From an uncultured Mycoplasmatota bacterium (lineage in GTDB: Bacteria; Bacillota_I; Bacilli_A; RF39; UBA660), in the NCBI GenBank assembly GCA_947574255.1, contig CANPJT010000002.1, positions 273 to 64,272 on the forward strand: DNA of 64,000 bases, read 5' to 3'. The position numbers and the translations under genes are program-made. The stretch's first letter is position 1. Every line of letters starts with the position of its first letter. The notes beneath the pieces were generated by a model. The model had not been told where the DNA came from, did not search any database, and saw nothing but the letters and a program-made list of their open reading frames with translations. Below are positions 1 to 9,927 of the stretch, piece by piece.

Positions 1-2431
1 ATATTCTATTTTTTTTAATATCTGAAAATAGATTTAATCTTTCTGTACGAGCGTTAAAAGCATTAAATACTCCGATAAAAATAAATAACGCAAAATAAGC
101 AGTCATTAAATATTCATAATTATTTCCTGGTCTAATTAAAGTTTTAAAAAGAGGTAGTTTTAAAAATAAAATACATAATAATGCTGAGTATAATCCTGTA
201 AAGATTACTTCTTTATACATATAACTATTCATTATTTCTTCATTTTTATTTTTGGGTGGTTCACACATATATCTTTCTAAAGGTGGTTCAAAGGAAAAAG
301 CAAGCCCAGCAAATGTATCCATTATCATATTTATCCATAACATTTGAATAATTGTTATTGGAGTGTTAACTCCTATAAATGGCCCAATAATGGATACAAA
401 TAAAGCACACATGTTACAGGTTAGTTGATAAATAATAAACTTACGAATGCTTTTAAATATAGTACGTCCATAAAGAATCGCTTTACTAATAGATAAAATA
501 TTATCATCTAAAATAATTATGTCGCTCGCTTCTTTACAAACTTCTGTCCCACTTCCCATAGCAAAACCAACATTTGCTTTTTTAAGAGCTGGGGCATCAT
601 TTACTCCATCCCCTGTCATTCCAACAACTAAATTCATTTCCTCTAAAACTTTAACGAGACGACTTTTATCTTTTGGTAAAGCTCGTGCTACTACTTTAAT
701 TCTTTTAATATATTTTTTGATATCTTCATCAGACATAATATTTAATTCATCACTAGTTATAACTATATCACTTTTATTTGTTAATAATCCTGCATCTTTA
801 GCAATAGAAGTTGCAGTATCTTTATGGTCTCCTGTAATCATTATAATATCAATCCCAGCTTTTTTTATTAAATCAATTCCTGGTTTTGTTTCTTCTCTTA
901 ATTCATCTTTTATAGAAATAATTCCTAATAAAACTAAATCTTTTATTTCTTCTTTAAAAATAGTTGTATTTTTATAAGCCATTACTAAAACTCTTGAACC
1001 ATTTTTTGTTAAAGATTTTACTTTATCTTCTAAAGCTGTTTTATTAACTAAAAGACGTTCTTTATTTTCTTCATCTAAATATTTAGTACATTTTGCTAAA
1101 ATAGTTTCAGCAGCTCCTTTGATAAAAATTGTTTTTTCTGGATTACCTATTTGAACAATTGAATATTTATTTTTACTATCAAAAGGAACTTTATTTATAG
1201 TTTTAAATGTTTCAAATTCATTTTTAGTTTTTAAAAATTTTAATAAAGCTCTATCTGTTGTGTTGCCACCAATAGTTTCATTTTTATCATTAAATACACT
1301 TTCATTATTGTAATAAAAAGATTGATAAATTTTTTGATAAAATTTTTCTTTTTTTAAATCTTCAATTGTTTTAAAACTTTTAAGTTTACCGCTTAGAAAT
1401 TCTGTTACTTCTAGTTTGCCTTTAGTAAGTGTTCCTGTTTTATCAGTTAATAAAACATTTAAACTTCCTGCGGTTTCGATACCTACTAACCTTCTAACCA
1501 AAACATTATTTTTCAACATTCTTTTCATATTACTTGATAAAACTAAGGTTATCATCATGGGAAGACCTTCTGGAACAGCCACAATAATAATTGTAACACT
1601 AAGAGTTAAAGCATATAATAAAGCATTAAACATGACTTCAAAATTTGTAATAGTATTTATAATAGCTGTTTTATCAAAATTATTTGCAATAACAATAATA
1701 GAAAAAAGATAAGAAACAGTAACTAAAATAGCTCCAATATAACCAATTTTACTGATTACTTTAGCAAGATTTCTTAAACGAAGCTTTAAAGGACTTGTTG
1801 GTTCACTTTCTTGAAGTTCACTAGCAAGTTTCCCATAAATGGTTTCATTTCCAACTTCTGTTATTTTAATCAAAGCATTACCATTATATACAATTGTACC
1901 TCGATAAACACAATTATTTTCAGATAATTTATTATCTATTTTACTTGTTTTTTCTGCTTCTTTAGCTTCGCCATTAATGCTTGATTCATCAACAAAAATA
2001 CGCCCATTTAATAAATAACCATCAGCTGGTATTTTATCCCCTGTATTTAAAACTACTAAATCATTTTTGACAACTTCATTTATATCAATTTCTTTTAAAA
2101 GACCATTTCTTTTTACTTTTACCTTTATTTTAGAAGCTTCTTCTTGAAGTCGATCAAAAGCTTTTTCACTTCCATATTCAGAAATACTTGAAATAAATGA
2201 TGCTAAGAAAATAGCTATTAAAATACCAATTGTTTCAAACCAATCAAAACTTTTGAAAAGAATCACTACTTTTACTGCTAATGCAATTAATAAAATTTTG
2301 ATAATAGGATCTCCTAATGATTCAATTAAGAGTGATATAAAACTATTTTTCTTTTTCTTTACTAGTTCATTGCTACCATACATTTTACGATATTTTATTA
2401 CTTCTTCTTCTGTTAATCCATTTGTATTCAT
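1..2431 (-). CDS. Cation-transporting P-type ATPase (P2-type, Ca2+/Mg2+-like); C-terminus runs off the window
   Basis: Absent from the ORF track because there is no stop codon inside the window. My minus-strand translation starts at ATG 2429-2431, preceded by GGAGGA. The N-terminus reads MNTNGLTEEEVIKYRKMYGSNEL. The phosphorylation motif DKTGTLT lies at ~1424-1444 and the hinge motif MTGDGVNDAPALKKA at ~575-619. The plus-strand ORFs 519-977, 1416-1712 and 2253-2546 are antisense artefacts. Confidence 0.9.
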   Translation of the reverse strand, partial: MNTNGLTEEEVIKYRKMYGSNELVKKKKNSFISLLIESLGDPIIKILLIALAVKVVILFKSFDWFETIGILIAIFLASFISSISEYGSEKAFDRLQEEASKIKVKVKRNGLLKEIDINEVVKNDLVVLNTGDKIPADGYLLNGRIFVDESSINGEAKEAEKTSKIDNKLSENNCVYRGTIVYNGNALIKITEVGNETIYGKLASELQESEPTSPLKLRLRNLAKVISKIGYIGAILVTVSYLFSIIVIANNFDKTAIINTITNFEVMFNALLYALTLSVTIIIVAVPEGLPMMITLVLSSNMKRMLKNNVLVRRLVGIETAGSLNVLLTDKTGTLTKGKLEVTEFLSGKLKSFKTIEDLKKEKFYQKIYQSFYYNNESVFNDKNETIGGNTTDRALLKFLKTKNEFETFKTINKVPFDSKNKYSIVQIGNPEKTIFIKGAAETILAKCTKYLDEENKERLLVNKTALEDKVKSLTKNGSRVLVMAYKNTTIFKEEIKDLVLLGIISIKDELREETKPGIDLIKKAGIDIIMITGDHKDTATSIAKDAGLLTNKSDIVITSDELNIMSDEDIKKYIKRIKVVARALPKDKSRLVKVLEEMNLVVGMTGDGVNDAPALKKANVGFAMGSGTEVCKEASDIIILDDNILSISKAILYGRTIFKSIRKFIIYQLTCNMCALFVSIIGPFIGVNTPITIIQMLWINMIMDTFAGLAFSFEPPLERYMCEPPKNKNEEIMNSYMYKEVIFTGLYSALLCILFLKLPLFKTLIRPGNNYEYLMTAYFALFIFIGVFNAFNARTERLNLFSDIKKNRI

Positions 2432-2513
2432 ATATGCTTGTCCTCCTAAAAAACTATATGTGGACAAACTATTATTTATACAAAAAAAAAATCTCTTAAA
2501 AGAGACCTTAATT

Positions 2514-3167
2514 TTATATCTTGTAAAGTTTATTATTTTTACGTGATATAGTAAATACACTAACCGCTAAAATTGCACCTGTAATTATAACTATATAAGG
2601 AACAAAATTTCCTGTTTGTGGGTTTGATAAACATTCATTATTATAAACTTCTTCAGTTACTTCTGTTCCGTTTTTGCCATAATATTTGCCATTTTCTACA
2701 CGACAAGTCGGAGTTTTTGGATTATCACAAATAAATTGGCCATCTTTATTAAAGCATTGGGTGAAGTTAATATCACAATTTTTTGTGTTATCTGATTTAT
2801 CAATATAGAATACTATAGTTGCAACTTCAGATTTAGTATTACTAATTGCAGAAGATGGTTTCCAAGTAATAGCTGCTCCAGTTGATGTTGCACTATTAGT
2901 TGTTAAACTCCATGAATTATTTGTTTGAACATCTTGAACTTTAATAATTGAAGTATCATATGATGCGGTTATTCCATACATTTCTAATGTATTATTTCCT
3001 GTAACATTAACTGCTATATTACAAGTTTTACTATATTTGTATTTTCCGTCTGGTTGAGCAAGTTCTACATCATCCCCACAACTATATTCAAGAGCAACTG
3101 CAGCATTAGCACGCATTGGTAATACTATCATCATTGCAAAAACGATTAGTCCGATAAATTTTTTCAT
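2514..3167 (-). CDS. Cell-wall-anchored surface protein with an NPQTG sorting signal (candidate sortase B substrate)
   Basis: N-terminal signal peptide (MKKFIGLIVFAMMIVLPMRANA). The C-terminus has NPQTG (nt 2610-2624), a hydrophobic helix (NFVPYIVIITGAILAVSVFTI) and a basic tail (SRKNNK). It is divergently adjacent to a class-B-like sortase. Confidence 0.75.
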   Translation of the reverse strand: MKKFIGLIVFAMMIVLPMRANAAVALEYSCGDDVELAQPDGKYKYSKTCNIAVNVTGNNTLEMYGITASYDTSIIKVQDVQTNNSWSLTTNSATSTGAAITWKPSSAISNTKSEVATIVFYIDKSDNTKNCDINFTQCFNKDGQFICDNPKTPTCRVENGKYYGKNGTEVTEEVYNNECLSNPQTGNFVPYIVIITGAILAVSVFTISRKNNKLYKI

Positions 3168-3200
3168 TTCTTACCTCTTTCTACTTTACTATTAGTATGT

Positions 3201-3300
3201 TTTAATTATAACATAAAAATTCATAAAATCTACATTTTTTTTAAAATGTTTGTAAATTTGTGTTATTATAGCATAAAAATTTATAAAATCTATACTTTTT
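3201..3300. repeat. Imperfect direct repeat (about 40 nt, period 60 nt) in the divergent intergenic region
   Basis: 3201-3240 (tttaattataacataaaaattcataaaatctacatttttt) against 3261-3300 (tgttattatagcataaaaatttataaaatctatacttttt) gives 34/40 identical positions at an exact 60-nt offset. Confidence 0.7.
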
Positions 3301-3370
3301 ATAAAAAAAACATGTTTATTATGTTATTATATAATATAGAAAGAGTAAAAAATGGTGGTGATGAGTAAAT

Positions 3371-4912
3371 ATGCGTATTATCCTTATTAGTGTTACAAAT
3401 GATACTATAAGATTTTCATATGATGTTTCTCAAGCAACTACTAATATTTCTAATAGCAATGTTATTAAAGATAATGAATTATCATTTAGCGAAAATTATA
3501 TAAAAGAAAATGAAAGAATTATTGCTTTATTTATAAAAGAGTTATGTAGAGAAAATAATATTTATCGAATAACAATAGATGACAATGATTTAGCTATATT
3601 TTTGTTTAATTTATTTAAAAAGAATACATATATAACTGCTATTTGTATAAAAGAGAATTCTAATCTTTCTTATAATCTTTATGAAAAAATAATTGAAAAT
3701 AGTAATATAAATTATATTGAAGCTCACTCTATACCACCATTTATTGTAGAGCTTTTAGATAAAAAAGGAATTCGTTCAGAATCTCGAAGTGAAGTTTTAT
3801 ATCCAAGTCATTTTATGCAAAGTAATAATTTAACTAACTATTCAAAAATATTTTACAAAATGAATGTTCACATAACTGATGAATTTACAGAAGAAGATCA
3901 AGATGATTTTCTAGCGTTTTGTAATATTAATAAATATTTAAAAACTATTCATTTAGATGTTTACAATAAAAGTGATTTAGAAACTATAATTGAAATTTTG
4001 ATTAAAAGCAAAATTAAAAATATTCAAATTTTAATTTATGATAATATACGAGAATTAAAAACTATTGAATATTTAAAAAAATTAAATAAAAAAATCAAAA
4101 AAAATAAATTACATATTAGTTTAGTTTATTCAAAAGATTATTTAAAGGAAAATATTTTTGCTCAAATTGTTGTTAATACTTTAAAGATATGTGGTTTAAT
4201 TGTTATTATTTTAATTATTGGGGTTATTAGTTATGTGGGTATTAGTAATTATACTTCTTTAAATGAGGTAACTAAAATTCAAGAAAAAGTAAAAACTACT
4301 ATTGAAAAAACAAAAGATGAAGATTTAGAACAAATTAAAGAAGATCATGTCATTAAAAATACCTATATTTCTTCTCTATTCTCTATTAATCCTGATGTTA
4401 TTGGGTGGTTAAAGGTAAATAATACTAATGTGGATTATCCTGTCGTTCAAGCTGAGGATAATGATTATTATTTAAAACATAATTTAGATAAAGAAGACGA
4501 TAAAAATGGATGGATATTTATGGATTATCGTAATTCTTTATATAATATGGATGCTAATACAATCATTTATGGTCATAATATGTATTATAGTGGTGTTATG
4601 TTTGGTACACTTACTAAAGCTTATCGAAAAGATTGGTATTCTAATCCAGATAATTTAGTTATTTCTTTTAATACGATTTATGAAACAATGAATTATCAAA
4701 TTTTTTCGATATATAAAACACCTGTAACTAAAGATTATTTAAAAACATATTTTGCTGATGATAATGAGTTTAATGAATTTGTAAAAATGATCAAATCACG
4801 TAGTATTAAAAATTTTGAAATTGAAGTTAAACCAGGAGATAAAATCCTAACACTATCAACTTGTACTGGTGATAATGAAAGATTAGTTATTCATGCTAAA
4901 TTAATAGCCTGA
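3371..4912 (+). CDS. srtB: Class B sortase with a long (~270 aa) N-terminal cytoplasmic extension
   Basis: The C-terminal ~220 aa carry SrtB hallmarks: NPDVIGWLKVNNTNVDYPVVQAEDNDYYLKHNL, catalytic His in IIYGHNM, catalytic Cys in LTLSTCT and Arg in ERLVIHAKL. A single TM helix (LKICGLIVIILIIGVISYVGI) sits at ~aa 272-292. The preceding ~270 aa are of unknown function. Confidence 0.8.
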   Translation: MRIILISVTNDTIRFSYDVSQATTNISNSNVIKDNELSFSENYIKENERIIALFIKELCRENNIYRITIDDNDLAIFLFNLFKKNTYITAICIKENSNLSYNLYEKIIENSNINYIEAHSIPPFIVELLDKKGIRSESRSEVLYPSHFMQSNNLTNYSKIFYKMNVHITDEFTEEDQDDFLAFCNINKYLKTIHLDVYNKSDLETIIEILIKSKIKNIQILIYDNIRELKTIEYLKKLNKKIKKNKLHISLVYSKDYLKENIFAQIVVNTLKICGLIVIILIIGVISYVGISNYTSLNEVTKIQEKVKTTIEKTKDEDLEQIKEDHVIKNTYISSLFSINPDVIGWLKVNNTNVDYPVVQAEDNDYYLKHNLDKEDDKNGWIFMDYRNSLYNMDANTIIYGHNMYYSGVMFGTLTKAYRKDWYSNPDNLVISFNTIYETMNYQIFSIYKTPVTKDYLKTYFADDNEFNEFVKMIKSRSIKNFEIEVKPGDKILTLSTCTGDNERLVIHAKLIA

Positions 4913-4915
4913 AAA

Positions 4916-6013
4916 TTATTTTTCAGGCTTTTTTAATGCTTTTTCGATATATTTAATATTATTTCTTATTCGTTCATCATCGGGATTTAATTCTAAGGCT
5001 TTAAGAGAATTTTCTAAGGCTTCATGTATTTCTCCAATATTTAATGCTGAAATACTAAGTAAGTCATAAAAATAAGCATTCCAACAAAACTCTTCATTTA
5101 TATAGGTCTTAGTTTTTTCTTTTATCTTACTAGCCTCTTTTAAATTATTATAGGCTTCTAAAAAATTTTTTTCGTCATAATAAATAGTTGCTAGTTCGAC
5201 ATATCCTTCTCTTAAATATGGGGCTTCTTTGATGGCTTTATTAAACCACATTTTGGCTTCTTCTGGACGATTTAAATTTTGATACGAACGAGCAATAAAA
5301 CGCATTGAAGCTGCTCTTTCATCTTTCCATGTACTTTTTTCTAAGTTTAAATGTTTTATCAGAGTATCAATCGCCTCATTCCATCTTCCATAATACATAT
5401 ATTCTCTTCCTAAATAATGCATATTTCGATCATCAGTTGGATCTTCTTTTACTGATAATTCTAAAAGTGGTAAATAAGAATTGCGTTTTTTAGTTAAGTC
5501 TTGATAATGATTTAAGATTATTCCTTCTACTATTATGCTTTTTTCGGTATTATATAAGCATTTTAAAATTTCATGAACAGGATGATACCAACAATAGGCA
5601 TGACGTTTATGAATTTTGGAAATGTAAAATGTTGTTGCAGGATTTCCATATTTATCAAAGCTCCAATTATATAGATACTCTACTCTGGTCGGATTTTCTT
5701 TTACCCAAGCCTTTTCTAATTTTTCACGCCATCCAGGATTAAATTCTTCATCAAAATCAGTACAAATACAAATATCAGCGTCACTTGGCACCATACTTAA
5801 TGATTTATTACGAGCTTCATCAAAACGAAATGGTTCTATTTTTTCTGTTTTAACATGAACATTTAATTTTTTTAATTTTTCTACTGTATCATCAGTTGAT
5901 CCAGTATCAAGAACATATATACCATCAGCTTCACTCATACTTTTAACATAACTTTCAACATATTTACTTTCGTTTTTACAAATAGCATATACATACACTT
6001 TTAATTTATTCAT
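4916..6013 (-). CDS. Family-2-like glycosyltransferase fused to TPR repeats
   Basis: The N-terminus is GT-A-like (VYAICKNESKYVESYVKS...VLDTGSTDDT...CTDFDE). The C-terminal half has TPR-like repeats (YLGREYMYYGRWNEAIDTL, ARSYQNLNRPEEAKMWFNKAI, LATIYYDEKNFLEAYNNLKEA). Confidence 0.65.
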   Translation of the reverse strand: MNKLKVYVYAICKNESKYVESYVKSMSEADGIYVLDTGSTDDTVEKLKKLNVHVKTEKIEPFRFDEARNKSLSMVPSDADICICTDFDEEFNPGWREKLEKAWVKENPTRVEYLYNWSFDKYGNPATTFYISKIHKRHAYCWYHPVHEILKCLYNTEKSIIVEGIILNHYQDLTKKRNSYLPLLELSVKEDPTDDRNMHYLGREYMYYGRWNEAIDTLIKHLNLEKSTWKDERAASMRFIARSYQNLNRPEEAKMWFNKAIKEAPYLREGYVELATIYYDEKNFLEAYNNLKEASKIKEKTKTYINEEFCWNAYFYDLLSISALNIGEIHEALENSLKALELNPDDERIRNNIKYIEKALKKPEK

Positions 6014-6085
6014 ATATCCTCCTTATTAAAAATATATGAAATATATTATTCTTTAGAAATTAAAAAACAACTAATTTAGTTGCTT

Positions 6086-7954
6086 TTATTCACAAGTATA
6101 GCCTAACATTGAAAGATACATTTGAATAGTACTTATATTATTTGCTACATTTATATTTAATTCTGATTTTATATCATCTAATGTTTTATTAGATTTTAAT
6201 GTAATAATTTTATTTAATTCATTAAATGTTGCATTTCCAGTTATATTATAAATTCCAGAAGTTTCATTATAATTATTTTTGATGGAATTGTAAGAATCTT
6301 TAGAATTGAATTTAAATTCAGAGCTTTTAACAGAATTAAAGAAATTATTATTACTATCTACGCCAAAACGAAAAGATGTTGTTAAAGATGCAGATAATTC
6401 TTCAATATTTTCAGTACTACTAACTGTACAAGTAATGTATTTTGTGGGAGCATTTTTAGAAACAATTAACTTAGTTTTTATTATTGATTCATTGTTGTAT
6501 TCATCACTAGCATTTATTTCTATTTCATGTTCCCCTATAGTTTTTAAAGCTTCGTTTACTGCAGCTTCGTCATTAAATTTATAAATACACATAGAGGCGT
6601 CAATACAGTTTTCAACAATATCAGTAACATTTAATGTAGCATTGGGCAAAACTGTTATTTCATTTAAAATTAATTCTGGTTTAGTTGTATCATCAACTTT
6701 AGCGGTTCCTTCTACAACTTTATTCCCACATGTAACACTAAACTTATAAGCTCCTACTTTATTCATTAAAATCTCTTTAGTGTCTAATTTACAATCTTTT
6801 TTATCAATACCACTAATATTTGCATAATCATCGATATTAGTAGATAATTCATCCCCTAATTCCAATTTTAATTCTTTTGTAGTAATACCAGAGGCAAAAG
6901 TTTTATTTTTAGCTACTATTAAAAAGTAATATATTCCAAACCCTATAGCTCCTATTAATAAAATTATTAATATCATTAATAATATTTTACTTTGCCCTTT
7001 TTTCTTTTCTTTTGATTCTTTATCAAATATTGGTGGTTTTGGAACTGCATTAAATATTTCATCATTTGCTTCTAAACCGTCATTTGAATTTATAGTATTA
7101 TTATTTTGATTATTTAATTCATTATTTTTTGAATTATCAGTTGTTAATTGTTCAGAAATTTGTGATTCATTAATATTACTTTCAGGTATTGTTTCTATTA
7201 TTGGTGTACTTATTTTTTGCTCAGATATTTGATTGTTATTGATACTGTTAACTACTACAGGAATCTGATTATCTAAAATTTGGTCGTCTGCTTTTGGTTC
7301 AACTGGTAATTCTTGATTCTTGGTTGGAGTATTATTATAGTTTGATTGTGAATTATAATCTAAAGGAATTGAATTAGCAGTATTTGTTCCAGACTCAACA
7401 ATTGTTTCTGAAATTGAATTTTCAATAGGAGTTTCTGGATTCAAACTTTCAACTGGCATATTAACTACTTGATTTTGTTCATTATTTATGACTGGTTCTT
7501 CTAATATTTCTGTATTTTGTTTTTCAACTTTTGCTCCTATATCATTTAGTATATTTTCATTATTAACTGGCATCGCTTCAATAATTGGTGGAACTAAATC
7601 TTGATTATTATTAGATTGCTCTTGGACACTTATATCAGAATTAGACATTGATTCAATTATTGGATTAGCATTTACAGAATTCTGTAAAGTTTGATTATTA
7701 TCTGCTGATAAATTAAGCCCTGAATCAACATTATTATTGTTTATTATTGAGGTTTCCAAAATAGTTGGTTTTACAGGAGCTTGTGTATTTTTTGTTGGCA
7801 TTTGTTCAATAGTTTGTCCATTTAAACTAGAGATATTTACTGCATCTAAAGCATCAATTTCTCCTTGATTTTCTGGTTTTAAAGAAATATTTGGCGTAGA
7901 ATTTTGAGTATTTTGATTTGAATTTAAAGTATTATTATTTTCTTTATTGTTCAT
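6086..7954 (-). CDS. Single-pass membrane protein with an N/Q-rich low-complexity N-terminal half and a C-terminal extracellular domain
   Basis: 622-aa ORF. About 320 aa are N/Q/S/E-rich low complexity, followed by a TM helix (ILLMILIILLIGAIGFGIYYFLIV) and a ~260 aa globular region. I do not recognise a family. Confidence 0.6.
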   Translation of the reverse strand: MNNKENNNTLNSNQNTQNSTPNISLKPENQGEIDALDAVNISSLNGQTIEQMPTKNTQAPVKPTILETSIINNNNVDSGLNLSADNNQTLQNSVNANPIIESMSNSDISVQEQSNNNQDLVPPIIEAMPVNNENILNDIGAKVEKQNTEILEEPVINNEQNQVVNMPVESLNPETPIENSISETIVESGTNTANSIPLDYNSQSNYNNTPTKNQELPVEPKADDQILDNQIPVVVNSINNNQISEQKISTPIIETIPESNINESQISEQLTTDNSKNNELNNQNNNTINSNDGLEANDEIFNAVPKPPIFDKESKEKKKGQSKILLMILIILLIGAIGFGIYYFLIVAKNKTFASGITTKELKLELGDELSTNIDDYANISGIDKKDCKLDTKEILMNKVGAYKFSVTCGNKVVEGTAKVDDTTKPELILNEITVLPNATLNVTDIVENCIDASMCIYKFNDEAAVNEALKTIGEHEIEINASDEYNNESIIKTKLIVSKNAPTKYITCTVSSTENIEELSASLTTSFRFGVDSNNNFFNSVKSSEFKFNSKDSYNSIKNNYNETSGIYNITGNATFNELNKIITLKSNKTLDDIKSELNINVANNISTIQMYLSMLGYTCE

Positions 7955-8031
7955 GCTATCATGCCCCTTTATTATTTATATTATAACTTTGTAAGAAAAA
8001 AAAGGCAAGAAAAAAGATAGAAACAATTTTT

Positions 8032-8733
8032 CTACCTTTTTTTAATTAAATTGATATAGTGTCTTATTTTAGTTGGCCAAGATTCACTTTCCGCATATTT
8101 TTTCCCGATTTGTTCAGGCGTTGTTAATCCCATTTGATAGTAATTTTTTGATAAATTCTTATAAAAAGCTTTTATTCCTTTATCTAGTGTTTCGAATTTT
8201 TTATATGGCCCGCCGCCACAACCTGGAGAACCTTTCATTCCACCTATATTATTACACTTTCTTGCTAGTCTACTACATACTCCTGAATTACATCCAGTTT
8301 CATGTAAAACAATTGCTAAAGAAAGATATGGGTCAACATTATATTTAATTGAATACTCAGCAAAAACTTTACCATATCCTTTTAGAGTTGATTTTAAACT
8401 CTTTTCTAATTTACTTGCTAATTCATCTATAGTCATTCCATCATAAACTATTTTTGGTGTTTCTTCTTCAGGTATCTCAGGTTCTTTAGAAATCACTATA
8501 GGCTCTTTAACTTCTTTTTTACTTTCATTAATAGCTAATAATTCATTATTAACTGTTTCTTTTTCTAATAGTCTTTTAACCCCAATACTACTTGCTAACA
8601 TGTAGTTATCTGTAATATAAGCTTTACTACTAGTAATAGTTTTATTACCATCTATTTTTTGAGCGGTAAAGATAGTAATAAATACAATCGCGATTATGGC
8701 CATTAAGGCCTTAATCGACGGCAATTTTTTCAT
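8032..8733 (-). CDS. Membrane-anchored peptidoglycan hydrolase (glucosaminidase/muramidase-like domain)
   Basis: N-terminal TM anchor. The C-terminal domain reads YNVDPYLSLAIVLHETGCNSG...CNNIGGMKG, which resembles the Glucosaminidase/FlgJ-type catalytic region. Confidence 0.6.
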   Translation of the reverse strand: MKKLPSIKALMAIIAIVFITIFTAQKIDGNKTITSSKAYITDNYMLASSIGVKRLLEKETVNNELLAINESKKEVKEPIVISKEPEIPEEETPKIVYDGMTIDELASKLEKSLKSTLKGYGKVFAEYSIKYNVDPYLSLAIVLHETGCNSGVCSRLARKCNNIGGMKGSPGCGGGPYKKFETLDKGIKAFYKNLSKNYYQMGLTTPEQIGKKYAESESWPTKIRHYINLIKKR

Positions 8734-8830
8734 TTAACTCTACCTCTTTTTTGCGGAAACGTTTTTAATGGTATCATAAAAAGATAAGTAAAGTCAAATT
8801 CTTGATAATTCCAAAATTTGGTAGATAGTA

Positions 8831-9352
8831 CTAAGAAAAGAAGAAATTTACTATTAAAAAGCTAGCTAAAATCCCTATAAAATCAGCAAATAAACCAGTA
8901 GATAGAGCATGTCTAGTTTTTGATATTTTGATACTTCCAAAGTATAGTGCTAAAACATATATTGTTGTATCTGTACAACCTTGAAGAACTGATGCTATTC
9001 TTCCACTTAAAGAATCTGGGCCATATTTTATAAAAATATCGTTCATGATGGCTAAAGATGCGGTCCCAGAAATTGGTCTTATTAAGGCCATTGGTAAAAT
9101 ATTTAAAGGAATATTTAAAATACTTAGTAATGGATTTAAGAATTGAAATAAAAAATCTAAAATATTACTATTTAAAAAAATATTAATAGCGAATACCATT
9201 GCTATTATGGAAGGAAATATATTAAAAACAGTAACTAATCCTTCTTTAGCTCCTTCTAAAAAGACATCATAAATCACTATCTTTTTTTTTAAACCATAAA
9301 AAATTACAAAAAGAACAAATAAGGGGATCATTAATTTAGAAATCTGACTCAT
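8831..9352 (-). CDS. spmB: Spore maturation protein B
   Basis: 173-aa polytopic membrane protein. It is the last gene of a dacB-spmA-spmB arrangement with 4-nt overlaps, and its size and position match SpmB. Confidence 0.75.
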   Translation of the reverse strand: MSQISKLMIPLFVLFVIFYGLKKKIVIYDVFLEGAKEGLVTVFNIFPSIIAMVFAINIFLNSNILDFLFQFLNPLLSILNIPLNILPMALIRPISGTASLAIMNDIFIKYGPDSLSGRIASVLQGCTDTTIYVLALYFGSIKISKTRHALSTGLFADFIGILASFLIVNFFFS

Positions 9353-9927
9353 TTTCTTTTTCTCCTTCTTATATAATCTAGGGAAAGTCCAGCAATACTA
9401 GAACAAATAGTTGCTAGTATTGCTGGAATAATTATTTCTTCAGGATTAGCGCTTTTATGCATTAGGCGAAGAGCAATAACTGTAGTTGGTATGATAGTAA
9501 CTCCACTAGTATTTAATACTAAAAAAGTAATCATTGCATCACTTGCTACTTTTTTATTATCATTTTCATTTTGCATACATTCCATTGCTTTTAGACCAAA
9601 TGGTGTTGCTGCACTCCCTAAACCTAAAGCATTAGCTGCAATATTAGATGTAATATAACCTAGTGCTTTACTATTTTTTTTTAAAGAGGGAAATAATTTA
9701 CTTAATAATGGGTGAAATATTTTAGAAATTTGCTCAAGCAGTCCACTACTCTCGGCAATTTTCATTAACCCTGACCACAAAATAATAATTGGTATTAATT
9801 CAAGTACCATATCTACTCCACTTTTAGTACTTGTTAAAATTGTATCATTTAAACCATCTAAATTACCGACTAAAATTGTAAATGAAATCCCTATTATTAT
9901 AAAAAATCCCCATAATTTATTAATCAT
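9349..9927 (-). CDS. spmA: Spore maturation protein A (nucleoside-recognition-domain membrane protein)
   Basis: 192-aa membrane protein between dacB and spmB, overlapping both by 4 nt. This is the classic Bacillus/Clostridium operon order. Confidence 0.75.
   Translation of the reverse strand: MINKLWGFFIIIGISFTILVGNLDGLNDTILTSTKSGVDMVLELIPIIILWSGLMKIAESSGLLEQISKIFHPLLSKLFPSLKKNSKALGYITSNIAANALGLGSAATPFGLKAMECMQNENDNKKVASDAMITFLVLNTSGVTIIPTTVIALRLMHKSANPEEIIIPAILATICSSIAGLSLDYIRRRKRK

Noticed and set aside
2489-2512. Possible terminator hairpin (tctctt..aagaga) after the NPQTG protein gene
   Set aside because: The stem is only 4-6 bp with a loop that is too small. It follows an A-run, but I consider the structure too weak to call.
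519-2546. Plus-strand ORFs 519-977, 1416-1712 and 2253-2546 from the ORF track
   Set aside because: They lie antisense to a clearly recognisable P-type ATPase on the minus strand (DKTGTLT and MTGDGVNDAPALKKA motifs). Their translations are low-complexity Ile/Leu/Ser/Phe strings typical of AT-rich antisense frames.
5305-8348. Plus-strand ORFs 5305-5493, 6306-6584 and 8073-8348
   Set aside because: They are fully nested antisense within longer minus-strand genes that have recognisable domains or signal sequences. They have no RBS or motif support.
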